DNA from: an uncultured Chloroflexia bacterium
GTDB lineage: Bacteria; Chloroflexota; Anaerolineae; B4-G1; SLSP01
Reading direction: 5' to 3'
Assembly: GCA_963751345.1 (NCBI GenBank)
Contig: CAVVUS010000008.1
Location: 1 to 64,000 of the forward strand
DNA length: 64,000 bases
Within the stretch, counting starts at the first letter, position 1, and the number at the start of each line of letters is the position of its first letter. Below are positions 32,631-45,000 of this stretch, in pieces. The position numbers and the translations under genes are program-made. Below the pieces are notes generated by a model. That model did no database searches. It was given only the letters and a program-made list of their open reading frames with translations, and had not been told where the DNA came from.

Positions 32631-33966
32631 ATGGTCAAGATCACCTTTATGGGCGCGGGCAGCACCGTCTTCGCCAAGAACGTGCTCGGCGACAGCATGC
32701 TGAGCGAGCCGCTGCGCGACGCACAGATCGCGCTCTACGACATCGACGGCGACCGCCTGCGCGAGTCCAAGCTGATGCTGGACGCGATCAACCGCAACGT
32801 CAACGAAGGCCGCGCGGCGATTACGACCTACCTCGGCATCCCGGAGCGCAAGGCGGCGCTCGACGGTGCGAACTACGTCGTCAACGCGATCCAGGTCGGC
32901 GGCTACGAGCCGTCTACCGTCATCGACTTCGAGGTGCCCAAGCGCTTCGGGCTGCGCCAGACCATCGGCGACACGCTGGGCATCGGCGGCATCTTCCGCG
33001 CGCTGCGCACGATCCCGGTCTGTCTGGACTTCGCGCACGATATGGAGGAGGTCTGCCCCGACGCCTGGTTCCTCAACTACGTCAACCCGATGGCGATGAT
33101 CACCGGCGCGATGCTGCGCGGGTCGAGCATCAAGACGGTGGGCTTGTGTCACTCGGTCCAGGCCTGCGCTCAGCACCTACTCGGGCATCTCGATATGCTC
33201 GACGACGTCAAGGCACTGCAGTGGAGCATCGCCGGGATCAACCACCAGGGGTGGCTGCTGGAGATCACCGATGGCGGCAAGGATCTCTACCCGGAGATCA
33301 AACGTCGTGCGAAGATGCTCAACGACGCCGCGCTGAACGGCACGGGCGAGAAGCACTGGGACATGGTCCGTTTCGCGCTGATGGAGACCTTTGGCTACTA
33401 CGTGACCGAGTCGTCGGAGCACAGCGCCGAGTACATGCCCTACTGGATCAAGAGCCAGTACCCGGAGCTGATCGAGCGGTACAATATCCCGCTCGACGAA
33501 TACCCGCGGCGCTGCATCCGCCAGATCGCGGACTGGAAGGAGCGGAGCAAGGAGTTGGTCGAGAACCCCAGCCTGACCCACAGTCGCACGCACGAGTACG
33601 GGTCGTACATCATGGAGGCCATGGAGACCGATGTGCCCTTCCGGATCGGCGGCAACGTGATGAACACGGGGCTGATCCCCAACCTGCCGCAGAAGGCCGT
33701 GGTCGAGGTGCCGTGTATGGTGGACCGCAACGGCGTCCAGGGCTGCTACGTCGGCGACCTGCCCGAGCAGCTCGCGGCGCTCAACCGGACCAACATCAAC
33801 GTGCAGCTCCTCACGATCGAGGCGGCTCTCACGCACAAGCGCGACACCGTCTACCACGCTGCGATGCTCGACCCGCACACCGAGCTCGGAGCTGACGCTC
33901 GACCAGATCCGCGCGCTCTGCGACGCGCTGATCGAGGCGCACGGGATGGAGGATCAGTTCACCTAG
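32631..33966 (+). CDS. melA: Alpha-galactosidase, GH4; frameshift ~33890
   Basis: KITFMGAGSTVF, QTIGDTLGIGG, LNYVNPM, GLCHSVQ, AGINH, TESSEH. Confidence 0.92.
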
Positions 33967-34011
33967 TTCCAGATCACGGCAACTCCCCGGGAAAGCTCCT
34001 CAGTGTTCACC

Positions 34012-34095
34012 GTTCCAGGGGGATCTTGCCCCGAGGTGCTGAGCGTGGTCCGCCGGCTGCACGTGGAGCCGGCGGATCACAGATCCGCCTGGAAC
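34012..34095. repeat. Palindromic repeat family B, copy 2 (nested)
   Basis: GGCGGATC-ACA-GATCCGCC-TGGAAC at 34071-34095; outer arm GTTCCAGGGGGATCT at 34012 matches 14/15. Confidence 0.7.
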
Positions 34096-34240
34096 AGAGA
34101 TGAGCGAGGATCTCTCCTGAGAGGCTGCCCTGATCCGGCACGAGTCCTCGATCGGCACCCTCTCATTGTCCTTTCCCTCCCTCTATTTTCCGCTATAATG
34201 ATGTTATTAACCACCGTACAACATCCGAAGGGAGTGGACG

Positions 34241-35181
34241 ATGGCGGACAATGCGGTCAGTGTGAGCGGCCTGCACAAGGACTACGGCGAGGTCCAGGCT
34301 GTGCAAGGCATCGATTTCACCATCGAGCAGGGCGAGATCTTCTCGCTGCTTGGACCCAATGGGGCAGGGAAGACCACCACGATTCTGATGATCGCCGGGC
34401 TCCTATCGCCCACGGCGGGCGAGATCATGGTCGTGGGCCACTCGGTGCGCACCGCTCCGATGGAGGTCAAGGCTGCGCTTGGCGTGGTACCACAAGAGGT
34501 CGCCATCTACGACGATCTGACGGCCCGCGAGAACCTGATGTTCTGGGGCAGGATGTATGGGATCCGCGGCGAAGAACTCCATCGCCGTGTGGAGAGCGTC
34601 CTCGATCTGGTCCAGCTCGCCGACCGGCAGAATCAGCGCACCGGCAAGTACTCCGGCGGGATGCGCAGACGCCTGAATATCGGGGTGGCGCTGCTGCACC
34701 GCCCCGCGTCATGATCCTGGATGAGCCTACCGTGGGCATCGACCCCCAAAGCCGACGGAATATCCTCGATGGGATCAAGGCCTTCAACGAAGACGGTATG
34801 ACCGTCCTCTATACGACGCACTATATGGAGGAGGCGCAGGAGCTTTCCGACCACATCGCTATCATGGACCACGGGCAGATCATCGCGCGGGGCACGCACC
34901 AGGAGCTGGTCGAGATGGTTGGTGAGCACGATCGCCTGACCCTGCGGGTTACCGAGGCGCAGCCGTCGCTGCTCGACGGCTGGCGCGAGGTCGAAGGGGT
35001 GAAGGGGCTCTCGATCGAGGACGGGACGGTGACGGCTCTGGTGGATGACAGCAACCTTGTTCTCCCCAGGCTCTTCGATCTGGCGCGGGATGCCGGGATT
35101 CGCATTCTATCCGTGGAGATCGACGAGCCGAATCTGGAGACGGTCTTCCTGCACTTGACCGGTCGCGCGCTGCGGGATTAG
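34241..35181 (+). CDS. ABC-2 exporter ATP-binding subunit; frameshift ~34705
   Basis: GPNGAGKTT, YSGGMRRR, ILDEPTVGIDP, YTTHYMEEA, LTGRALRD. Confidence 0.93.
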
Positions 35182-35190
35182 GGGGCGGTT

Positions 35191-36471
35191 ATGAAGAGCG
35201 ACCTTCGTACCGCCGTCGATATCGCCCTGCGCGATATGCTCCGCTCGGCGCGCAGCCTCTTCGCGGTGGTGTTCGCGTTCGTCGTCCCGCTGACCCTCGT
35301 CGGTATCATGTATCTCGTCCTCGGCGGTCTGTCCAGCGGGGACTCGACGCTTCCGCGCGTCAGGGTCGATGTGGTGAATCTCGATACCCAGACGGTGGGA
35401 AGCCTTCTCGTCGATCTACTCCAGAGCCAAGACCTCGCCGACATCCTCGACACGACAGTGGTCGCCGACGAGGCCACTGCGCGGGCCGCGGTCGACGCGG
35501 GGCAGGCTGCGGTCGCCGTCATCTTGCCCGCGGATCTGTCGGTGGTGATGTCGGCAGCCGGCGGAGGCCACGCCGTTGTGCGCATCATCCAGGATCCGAC
35601 GTTGACCATCGGTCCGGGCATTGTACGGTCCATCGTCGGTCAGTTCCTCGATGGCTTCAGTGGAGCCCAGATCGCGGTGGAGATCCTGACCTCCAGCCTC
35701 CAGCGCGCCGGTGTCGCTCCCGGCCCGACTGTCATTCCGGCAGCCGTGAACGACTATGCGGCGTGGGCACAGGCCACCGGCACGGGTCTGCGCGACGGGC
35801 AGACTGCATTCGCGGCTGTTGAGCAGGTGATCGCGGCCGAGACGTCCGGTCCCCTCGGCGGGGCGCTCTCCGGTATGATGGCCGCGATGCTGGTGGTCTA
35901 CGTCTTCTACACCGGGTCTGCCGCGGCGCAGTCGATTCTTAGAGAGGAAGGGGAGGGGACCCTGCAGCGCCTCTTCATGGCGCCGGTCACCGTCTCAACG
36001 GTGCTCGTGGGCAAAGTGCTCGGTTCTGTGTTGACCCTCGTCGCCCAGATCGTCGTGCTGCTGATCGTGTCTGGCCTGGTGTTCGGCATCGCGTGGGGTG
36101 CGCCACTGCCTATGTTGCTCGCGGCGCTGGGGCTGGTCGCGGTAGCTTCGACCTTTGGCATCTTCGTGATGTCGTTCGTGACCCATGAGAGTCAGGTGGG
36201 CGTGGTCTACGGCGCCGTGATGACGATTACCGGACTCTTCGGCACCTATGCCTACTTCCTGCCGCTGCCGGATGCGTTCCGCCGCTATGCCTTGCTCGTG
36301 CCGCAGGGGTGGGCGATGCGTGCGTGGGCGCTCGTCGTCAACGGCGGTGGCGTCAACGGCGATCTGCTGCTCTCCGTGGGGGTATGTGTGGGATTGGCGG
36401 CGCTCTTTCTCGTGGTGGGGGCGGCGCGTTTTCGGCGCCGTTTCGCGCGCTTTGCCGGCGCGGCTGTGTAA
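35191..36471 (+). CDS. ABC-2 exporter permease
   Basis: N-terminal TM, extracellular loop, EEGEGTLQRL, PQGWA. Confidence 0.9.
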   Translation: MKSDLRTAVDIALRDMLRSARSLFAVVFAFVVPLTLVGIMYLVLGGLSSGDSTLPRVRVDVVNLDTQTVGSLLVDLLQSQDLADILDTTVVADEATARAAVDAGQAAVAVILPADLSVVMSAAGGGHAVVRIIQDPTLTIGPGIVRSIVGQFLDGFSGAQIAVEILTSSLQRAGVAPGPTVIPAAVNDYAAWAQATGTGLRDGQTAFAAVEQVIAAETSGPLGGALSGMMAAMLVVYVFYTGSAAAQSILREEGEGTLQRLFMAPVTVSTVLVGKVLGSVLTLVAQIVVLLIVSGLVFGIAWGAPLPMLLAALGLVAVASTFGIFVMSFVTHESQVGVVYGAVMTITGLFGTYAYFLPLPDAFRRYALLVPQGWAMRAWALVVNGGGVNGDLLLSVGVCVGLAALFLVVGAARFRRRFARFAGAAV

Positions 36472-36480
36472 GGGGGGGCG

Positions 36481-37704
36481 ATGAAGATTCTCGATATCGT
36501 GATCAAGGATCTCCGACAGACGGTGACGACCTGGCAGACGCCCATCTTCCTGGTGATCATGCCCATTCTCTTCACAGTCTTCTTTGGTATCGCCTTCTCG
36601 GGTGCGGCGAACACCGATCCTAGAGCGGCTGTGGCTGTGGTGAATGCGGACACGGGACGTCTCAGCGACGCGCTGGTGGCGATGGTAGCGAACTCCACGA
36701 TCGTGCGGCCCGTCGAAGTGGCGGACACCAGCATCACAGGCCTCAGGTCCGCTATCCTCAACGGTGACTTGGCGGGGGCGCTGGTGATTCCGGTGGGCTA
36801 CACGGACGCGGTGTTGGCCAACAACGCAGAGGCGGATCTGCGAACTCGGATTCTGTATGATCCCGGCGAACAGGCCGGGCAGGCGGCCGGAAATGACATG
36901 CAGAAGGCGCTTCTACGTGTGCTCGGCGCTGCGGAGGCCGCCAGGATCGCGGCAGATGCGCCGGGTATGAGTTTCGCCGATAGCGCGAGCCGTACGGCCT
37001 TCCTGGAGGATGCCGCCTCGGCGGCCCTGAATGCGTGGAACGACCCGCCGGTCACCATCGCCGTGGAGCTCGGTGGACAGCCATCGCAGGAGGGCGGGCT
37101 CAGCAACGCTTACGCGCAGTCGTCCCCGGGGATGATGCTGCAGTTCGGCATCAGCGGCGTGATGAGCTCGGCCATCCTGTTGGTCTCCGAGCGCAAGAAG
37201 CGGACGCTTCAGCGGCTGCTCTCGACGGCGACACACCGCTCTGAGATCGTCGCGGGCAAGCTGCTCGCGGCCTTTGTCCTCATCTTCGGCCAGATGCTGC
37301 TTCTGACAGGTTTCGGCCAACTCGTCTACGGCCTGCCCTACTACAGTCACCCGGTAGCCCTGCTGCTGCTCAACGGCGTCTTTGCCGCCACGGTTGCCTG
37401 CATGGGGCTGCTCGTTGGGGCCATTGCCAGGAACGAAGAGGTCGTCATCATCCTGACGCTGATCCCGACCTTTATTCTGGCGGCATTGGGCGGGGCCTGG
37501 GTTCCGCTTGAGATCATGCCGCAGGGCGTGCGCGCCTTCGCGAAGATCGTGACGCCGACGGCCTGGGCGATGGAGGCATACCAGGATCTGATCGTCCGGG
37601 GTCTGGGTCTGCATGCTGTGTCACCGGCGCTGGGCGTGATGGCCCTCTGGGCCGCGGGGTTCTTTGCCGTGGCCCTCTGGCGGCTCCGGTTTGTCGAAGG
37701 CTGA
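36481..37704 (+). CDS. ABC-2 exporter permease (second)
   Basis: PGMMLQF, ERKKRTLQRL, LGGAWVPLE, PTAWAM. Confidence 0.9.
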   Translation: MKILDIVIKDLRQTVTTWQTPIFLVIMPILFTVFFGIAFSGAANTDPRAAVAVVNADTGRLSDALVAMVANSTIVRPVEVADTSITGLRSAILNGDLAGALVIPVGYTDAVLANNAEADLRTRILYDPGEQAGQAAGNDMQKALLRVLGAAEAARIAADAPGMSFADSASRTAFLEDAASAALNAWNDPPVTIAVELGGQPSQEGGLSNAYAQSSPGMMLQFGISGVMSSAILLVSERKKRTLQRLLSTATHRSEIVAGKLLAAFVLIFGQMLLLTGFGQLVYGLPYYSHPVALLLLNGVFAATVACMGLLVGAIARNEEVVIILTLIPTFILAALGGAWVPLEIMPQGVRAFAKIVTPTAWAMEAYQDLIVRGLGLHAVSPALGVMALWAAGFFAVALWRLRFVEG

Positions 37705-37713
37705 GCCGGCAGC

Positions 37714-38409
37714 TCAGCCCTTTGGCGGGTCCGGCGAGCCATTGGAAGTGGCGAGGTGATATAGCGCTGCCGCTGTTTCCTCCGGCGTCTCGAACGAGTT
37801 ATCGTAGAAGCAGGCCTTGACGGCATCCGGCGCGCAGAGATAGTCTTGGTAGAACCGCAGCACCCAGTATTCGGGCGTCGTCTTGGGCCAGCAGTCGCGT
37901 GTCGCGTTGCGCTCCAGCAGGATGGACTCATCGGGCATCAGGACGACGACCTTGTGTGGGATTCCCCGTTCGCCCAGCCACGTCTCGTAGCGCCGGACAA
38001 CCTCGGGCACGACCACGTGCGCAATCGCCACAGGCTTGCCGAGGCGCGCGATCCCTTCCGCCATCGTGAGGAGGTAGGAGTGGATCTCGTTGAAGTCGAC
38101 GTGTCGGCCCTCCTCCGCTTTCCGGCTCTCCAGGACCCAGTCGCCGTCGATCTGGACGAACCCATATCGTTCTGCAAGCAGGTACGAGAGTGTCGTCTTG
38201 CCGCTGGCACAGGACCCGCTGATGACGAGCACCGGCGCGGGCGGTCGATCGGCTGTGCACGTCGCCGGGTCGAAGTGTGCCGTGGCGCCGCAGTCTGCAC
38301 ACCGGGGATCAAAGCGCTTCGAGCGAGCGTTGAAGAGCCCCTCGCGGTACCAGGTGATGCCGCGCGCGTCGAGGTCGCCGCATTGGGGACAGGTCCAGCC
38401 CGTTCGCAT
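37714..38409 (-). CDS. Zinc-ribbon + P-loop kinase (AAA_33-like)
   Basis: CPQC...CADC, then ISGSCASGKTT, IDGD, ERNATR, YDNS. Confidence 0.75.
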   Translation of the reverse strand: MRTGWTCPQCGDLDARGITWYREGLFNARSKRFDPRCADCGATAHFDPATCTADRPPAPVLVISGSCASGKTTLSYLLAERYGFVQIDGDWVLESRKAEEGRHVDFNEIHSYLLTMAEGIARLGKPVAIAHVVVPEVVRRYETWLGERGIPHKVVVLMPDESILLERNATRDCWPKTTPEYWVLRFYQDYLCAPDAVKACFYDNSFETPEETAAALYHLATSNGSPDPPKG

Positions 38410-38671
38410 CAAATCCGCCTCCGTCGTGGTTGGGATGCGGTGCGAGCATAGCCCGTCGTGACTGCGCGTCAAGTTCCGGGGACGCATCTCGGTGGCCTGT
38501 AGCGGCGGAAGCGCGTTGTCCGGCATGCCCTCGATTGGAGCCTGATCAGACAAGCCGTTAGCACTCGTATAGTGTCCACCAATTCGGGGGAACCTCTGTT
38601 TGCGCGTCCCGCCGATGCTGCGTATAGTTAGCCCGGCAACCAAGCGACGATTCACCCACGGAGGCGACCCG

Positions 38672-41209
38672 ATGAACATGCAACAGCTCCCCGGCACCTG
38701 ATCCCCTTCGACGCCGGCTCGGCATTCCTGACGACGCGAAGCACGTTCTGGTCTTCACCGAGTCGAGCCATTGGGATCCCAACTGGTTGCAGACGTCGAA
38801 GGCCTACTTCGATCGCTTTGTGCGCACCAACCTCGACCAGGCGATCGCAGCGCTGCAGGCGGAGCCACGGCGTGTCTACGGCGTGGAGTGCATGTTCTTC
38901 CTGCGGATGTACTGGGAGCGCTTCCCGGAACGGCGCGACGCCGTCCGGGCGCTGGTCAACGCCGGGCGGCTGCGACTCACCGGAAGTGGGGTGACGACCG
39001 CCGACACGCTATTGCCCAGCGCAGAGGCGCTTCTGCGCGACTTTCTGATCGGGCAGGAGTGGCTCCGCGCGAACGGGATGGACCAGACCCCGACGCTGGC
39101 CTACTTCACCGACAGCTTTGGTGCCTCGCCTATGTTGCCGTCGCTGCTGCGAGCGTCAGGCTTCGACCGCACGACGATCACGCGCGTCGATGGGATGGCC
39201 TTCATCGGCAGTGACCTGGAATCGTCGAAGCGCTTCCCGCGGCCCGGGTCGAGTGCCGAGCGTCTGCTGGAGAAGGAGCGTTCCCTCGACTTCGTCTGGC
39301 GCGACGGCAATGGTGCCGAGGTGCTCTGTCACTGGAATGCCTTCACTTACGGACAGGGCGATATGCTCGCGTATCGTGGCCTGAGCCGCGTCTACCTCGT
39401 CCGGTTCGCCTTCCCGGCACGATCCGACCGGCACGTTGCACGGCGTATCCGGCAGTATGTCGACGACCTTGCACCTCATAGCCGGACCCCGTATATGCTC
39501 TGCCCTATCGGCTTCGACTTTGTTGAGCCGATCCCTGATCTCGTCGAGCTTCTCGACCGGTACAACCGCAATCACTACGCAGACACCGGTGTGTGGGCGG
39601 TCAACGCCGGGCTGGACGATTATATGGCGCTCATCGAGCCCTTCCGGGATGCGCTGCCCGTGGTGGCGCTCGACCCGAACCCGTACTGGACGGGGTTCTA
39701 CGCCGCCAGGCCCGTCCTGAAGGCGCGATGCAGGAAGCTCGTGGATGACCTGGTGCTGGCGGAGCAGCTTTCGCTGGCGTCGGGTGACGTCATGGAGGCG
39801 CGCGGTGTATCGGAAGCGCTTGCGAGTGCGTGGTGGGCCGCGGTGACCTCCAACCACCACGACTTCATTACCGGCACCTCGCCCGACGAGGTCGTCGAGG
39901 AGGAGCAGCTCCCCTGGCTCGGCGAGGCGCAAGTCGAGGTGGATGCCGTGCTAGCGCGGCTTGGGGGCAGCGAGACGGCGCGGGCCGCCACTCGCGATGG
40001 CGATGCCATACGGGATGCCGGCGGGCCAGGTGCCGGGCACTCCGCCTCGGAAGGCGGAAAGTGCCAGGCACCGATGCTATCTGCGCGGAGCGGCACTCGT
40101 GGAGCCGGTGATCTGTCCTGGCGGATCGCGACCGGACGGCTCACCGTTGAGACCGCACACTACGTTGCCGAGCTGGACGAGACCGCCGGTGGGACCATCG
40201 TCAGCCTGCGCCTGCCCGGCATGGAGGCGTCACTCCTGGGTCCGGGCTCCAACGACCTCGTGACCTACCGTGATTCGGGTGGATTGTGGCGGATGGGGTA
40301 TGAGTTCCGGGGTGGGACCTGGCGGGTGGCGTCGCGGGCCAGCGACACGCGGACCGAGTTGCAGGTGCGCGAGGATGCGTGGCGTCCTGGAGGTGACGTC
40401 GCTTGTGTCGCTCCGGCGGCGAGATGCTGATGCGCCGCGTGTGGTTCGACCCTGCTTCGCCCGTGATCCGCTGCCGAGCGGAGGGCATCGCCCCCGAGGG
40501 GCATACCGTGACCGTCCGATTCGCCACCGGGTTGCCGGCCCAGGAGTTGGCGATGGATGCGCCGGGTGGTGTGGTCACGCGGCCTCTGACCAGGTATTAC
40601 GAGCCGACCTTCTGGCCTCTGCAGCACTTCGTCCATCTCCGAGACCCTCAGTCCGGGCGCGGGCTGGCCCTGATGCAGCGACTGCCGGGCGCCGTCAGCG
40701 TCCAACCTGATGGCAGCGTCGAGTTGGTGGCATTCCGCAACGCACAACACGAGGTCGCCTACGGCCTGATTGGCCTGCCTGCCTGCCCGGCGCACGGCCA
40801 CGAGCGGGAGCCGTATGGCTTTGACTATGCGCTCATCTTCACGGAGGCGGGCGACTGGCAGGCCAATGGCGTCGCCGAAGCGGTGCACGCTATGGTGAGC
40901 GGCGGGCCCTGGGACAGCGCCGATCGTCCGGTGCTGCGGCGCCTGGCCAGCAGTGTCGTCACGACCGACGCCGCGGGCGTGTGGGTGACGGCGGTGAAAC
41001 CGGCGTCACGGGGTGAGGGTGTCATCGTTCGGCTCGCCAGCTCTGCGGTGCCCACTACGCCGGTGACCATCACAGCGCACACGCTGCCGGTCGTGCGGGC
41101 CTTCCTCTGCGACGCTCGCGAGCGCGACCTTGCGCCCCTCGAGGTCGTGGACGGCACGATCCGCGTGGAGATGCACGGCACCATCGCCACGCTGCGGCTA
41201 CTGCCGTAG
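38672..41209 (+). CDS. GH38 alpha-mannosidase-like glycosidase; frameshifts ~38690 and ~40380-40425
   Basis: SSHWDPNW, TDSFG, YWTGFYAARP, NHHDFITGT, VKPA..GVIVRL. Confidence 0.82.
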
Positions 41210-41462
41210 CTTGCCCGGCACCGGGGGCAATGCGGATAGCTGACGCGCACGCTCCACGCGTCATGGCTATCGTATTGGGACGTGCGAAAACCCTCCGGGA
41301 AGCCGCGAAGCGCGTTGCGATGTAGGACCGCTTGCGACCCCGGGAAGGACTGCCGCTGAAGGGCCCTATGCAGCTTCGCGGAAGGTCAAGTGCGATCGCT
41401 CTGCTTTGCGCGTGCTTGCATTGCCCGCCGAACCGGGTAAAGTCGAACGTAGGGAGGCGTCC

Positions 41463-41997
41463 ATGCAGATCCACGAGCCGGCGATTGAGATGCACCCTCT
41501 CGGTAGAGATGCCTGACGAGCTGAGGTTTCTGGTAGACGCGGCGCCCGAGGCCGAGTGGGAGGTCTGGTGCGAGGATACCTTCGACCTCACAGAGCCCCG
41601 TCGCGTGGAGACTGCCGGGCAAGGACTGGCCGCAGGGCTCGCCGAACTCTGGGAGCGTCATCTCTTCGAGACCGTGCAGCCCGAGGGCGCCAAAGGCTTC
41701 TCGCGCTTCAACCTCTGGTGGAAGCAGGCTGCTAGGTCCATCGAGGTTGTGGGCGATTGGGGCGGGATGATCAAGCTCCGCTGGTGGGTCTTCGGAGCGC
41801 GGCGATGGGCCGTCAAGGGAGGGCTCCTGGGCGCCGAAAGCCGCGCTCTGCTGATGAACCTCGGTGCGGTGCATAGCTGTCTGTCCGTGGTCGATCAGAC
41901 GAGCGAGGCGATCCTCGACGAGGTCGTCGCATCGGCCAGCCTGGTCGAGCTCGAGGACCGTCTGTCGGAGCTCGCGAGCCGCGCCCTCGACGCGTAG
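41463..41997 (+). CDS. Hypothetical protein; probable frameshift near the start
   Basis: GGGAGG RBS before ATG 41463; main frame 41509..41997; no motif recognised. Confidence 0.55.
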
Positions 41998-42006
41998 CGC
42001 TCTCTC

Positions 42007-42047
42007 CGGTGCCCGGCAGTTGGCCGCCGGCCAACTGCCGGGCACCG
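42007..42047. terminator. Perfect 19-bp hairpin between convergent genes
   Basis: CGGTGCCCGGCAGTTGGCC-GCC-GGCCAACTGCCGGGCACCG; no U-tract. Confidence 0.65.
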
Positions 42048-42061
42048 ACCGTGATGGGCAG

Positions 42062-45000
42062 CTAGGGTTCGATCGTGAACAGCGCCCCGTCGCTGCGTCC
42101 CCAGACCTCCGGGAAGTACATCTCGCTCGCCACGGCCGGGATGACCTGATAGGAGCCCGGAACTGCAGCCCGCAGGTAGTAGCGGATCTCGTAGGTGCCT
42201 GCCGCCAGGCGGGTGGCATAGAAGACCGCGCGCTCGTCACGTAACTCCTGGTGGTCGAAGGTCGGCCACCACCAGCCCTCACGATCCGATGTGAAGCTCG
42301 GCGCGGCTTCGCCGGGCGACGTGTTGAGCGTCGGGTCGACAGGTTCCATCCCCGCGGGGTAGAAGTCCTCCACCATAAGGTAGTAGCGCATCCGCGGGAT
42401 CACCAGCGTCAGGCGTACCTCGACGAGGTCGCCCGGGCGGACATGGGTCACCGGCGTGCACGCGTCAGGCGCGTCGCCACTCGCAGCGAAGGTCGGCACA
42501 CAGTAGGCGCGCTCCACGGTCACGCCGCGGGCCTCTGCCTGCAGCGACGCCGCCGGGCGGTAGATCGAGAGATCGGCCGTGTAGTAGAGAGTCCCGCTTC
42601 CCTCGCTGCGTGAGATCTCCAGCGCATTGGGCCACGCCGAGGAGAGTTCCGTCAGTGGAATCACGTGCTCGACCGTCTGCGTGAGGTTATCCGCCGAGAC
42701 GGTGCCCTGGTCGAGGGGTTCGGTGTTGAGGGCCACGCCCCAGTCGTAGCTCCCCTGGAGCTCGCCGGTGGCGCGCGCGGTGTCCATCAGCGCCATCACG
42801 GCCCACGCCGTCTCCTGCGTGGTCTCCCAGTGATCGTCCTTGCGGGCGACCATGAGCCAGCGCGCGGCCTGGGGCACGAGAGGATCGTCAGGGGCGAGGC
42901 GCGCGAGCGCGTCCAGCACCACCGAGGTCGCGCGGGTCCACGTGACCCACAGATCCGCCGCCGCACTCTCCCAGTGTGCACCCGAAGCCGTAATGCCGGC
43001 ATCGGTGCGCAGGCTGTCGAGGAGCGTCGTGAGCCGCGGGTCCTCGGGGTTGTTCAGCCCGATCGCCAGCGCCAGGTAGGCGCGTCCGGTGACCTCAAGG
43101 GTCTCGCGGGCATCGTAGAGGGCCGCATCGGCGCCATTGGGCCACACACGCCCGGACTCAGCCAGGACGTAGAGCGCGAATGCCTGTGGCAGCTGCGCCT
43201 CGGACGGCGTACGCGCCTCGGACGGCGTAGCGCCTCAGACTGCAGTCCGCGCGAGAGGCTGCCCGAGAGGTAGTCGAGGGCGGCGTTGAGGGGCTGCTGG
43301 TCGACCGCGAAGCCGGCCCGCTGGGCCTGCAGCAGACCCAGGGCAGCATAGGCGCTGGTCTGGAACTCGCTCGATGTATTACCCCACCATCCCCAGCCGC
43401 CATCGGCGTTCTGGCGATCGTAGAGCTCGGTCAGGGTCTCGGTCACAAGCGTGCGAAGCTGGGCTTCGAGCCCGGCGTCGTGCCGGCCCAGCTCCTGGAG
43501 CGCCCGGTAGGTCACGACGTTGGGCAGGAAGCGGCTGACGAGCTGCTCCGTACACTGATAGGGAAAGCTCTCCAGGTAATCGAGGCTATCCACCACGCCC
43601 GCAGCCAGTGTCGGCGCCAGGCGCACCGTCAAGGTGCTGGCGGGGCCTGCATCCGCCGGGACGGTGATGACCTCCACACGCGACCCGCCTTCGGTCAGTG
43701 TGCCAGACGTCGCGACCCTATCGGGCGTCTCGTAGCGGTAGATGGGCAGGGCCCGGTCACCTTCGCGCCCCACGCTCGGGCGGGCGGCGTCGCGGTAGCC
43801 GCTGCCTGCTGCGGAGAAGGTCAGGAGCGCAGCATCCAGGCCGGTCTCGGGCACACTGACACGCCAACTGACCCGCGCGCGGCCTTGCGCGGGGATGGAG
43901 ACCTGCTGCACGGCATCGCCGGCAAGGTCCAGATCGGTCTCCAGCGCCACCTGTACGTCCAGCGCCGCGGACGTGTTATTGTTGACCACGGCGGCAACGT
44001 CGGCGCTGTCTCCGGCGATGAAGAAGCGCGGGGTCACAGGGCGCACCAGCAGCGGCTTGGTCACGACGAGCTCCGCCGTGGTCGCACCGACCTGCGTCGC
44101 CTCGGTCACGGCGCGGGCGTCCACGACCCAGGTGGTGAGCGAGTCGGGCAGATCCACCGTCACGGTCGTCTCACCGTTCGGCCCCGTCTTGAGATGGGCT
44201 TTCCAGAGCGCCGTGTCGGGGAAGTCCTGCCGGACATCGGGCGCGAAGATGGCGCCATCACCGCCGCCACCTCCGATGCCGCCGATCATCCGCTCCATTG
44301 CCTCCTGTTCGGCGCGCTTCTGGAGCGCCTCCAGATCTGATGTGAGGCGGTTCTGCAGGACCAGCAGGCCATCACCGGTCGCGATACCCAGCGGTCGCCG
44401 GGCGTAGAAGGCCTCGAGGAGCGTCGGAGCGTTGTCGTCAGCCAGAGCCAACACGGCCTTGTCCACGACGGCCAGTGCCACCTCGGCGTCGACGGGTTGG
44501 CCAGCGGCGTCGAGCGCGCGGACGGTGACCTGCGCCGGATCGCCCGGAGCATAGGTGCAGCGCCCGCCGGCGTCACGCTCCTCCGCGGCGCACACCGGCG
44601 TCACGGTGACGTCCAGGGTCTGCCGCACGGGCTCGACCGTCAGCTCGACCATGCCCAGCCGCACGTCAGGTGTAGCCTGGTCCGCGTCCACGCCTTTGAC
44701 GACGGCAAAGTTGACCACGATGTTAGGAACATGGGCCTCTGTGATGGGTACGTCGATGACGGGATTCGCCTCGCGCACCGTGAGATGCTTGACCTCCAGG
44801 ATGGTGCCCCGCTCGATGGTCATCAGGACCTCGAATGGCCCACTGAAGGGTGTCGATAGCAGGATATGGGCGACGTCGCCAGGGCGGTAGCTCTCTGCAT
44901 CGGCGACGGGCTCGACCTTACCCTCGCCCAACTGCCAGGCTGCGGTCTGCGGGCCGCCGACCCACAGATAGGTCTCGCTGCGCGCCGTGTTCCCGTTGGC

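Noticed and set aside
38698-38701. TGA near the GH38 start as selenocysteine
   Set aside because: The GH38 motif lies in a different frame; an indel in the adjacent C-run explains it.
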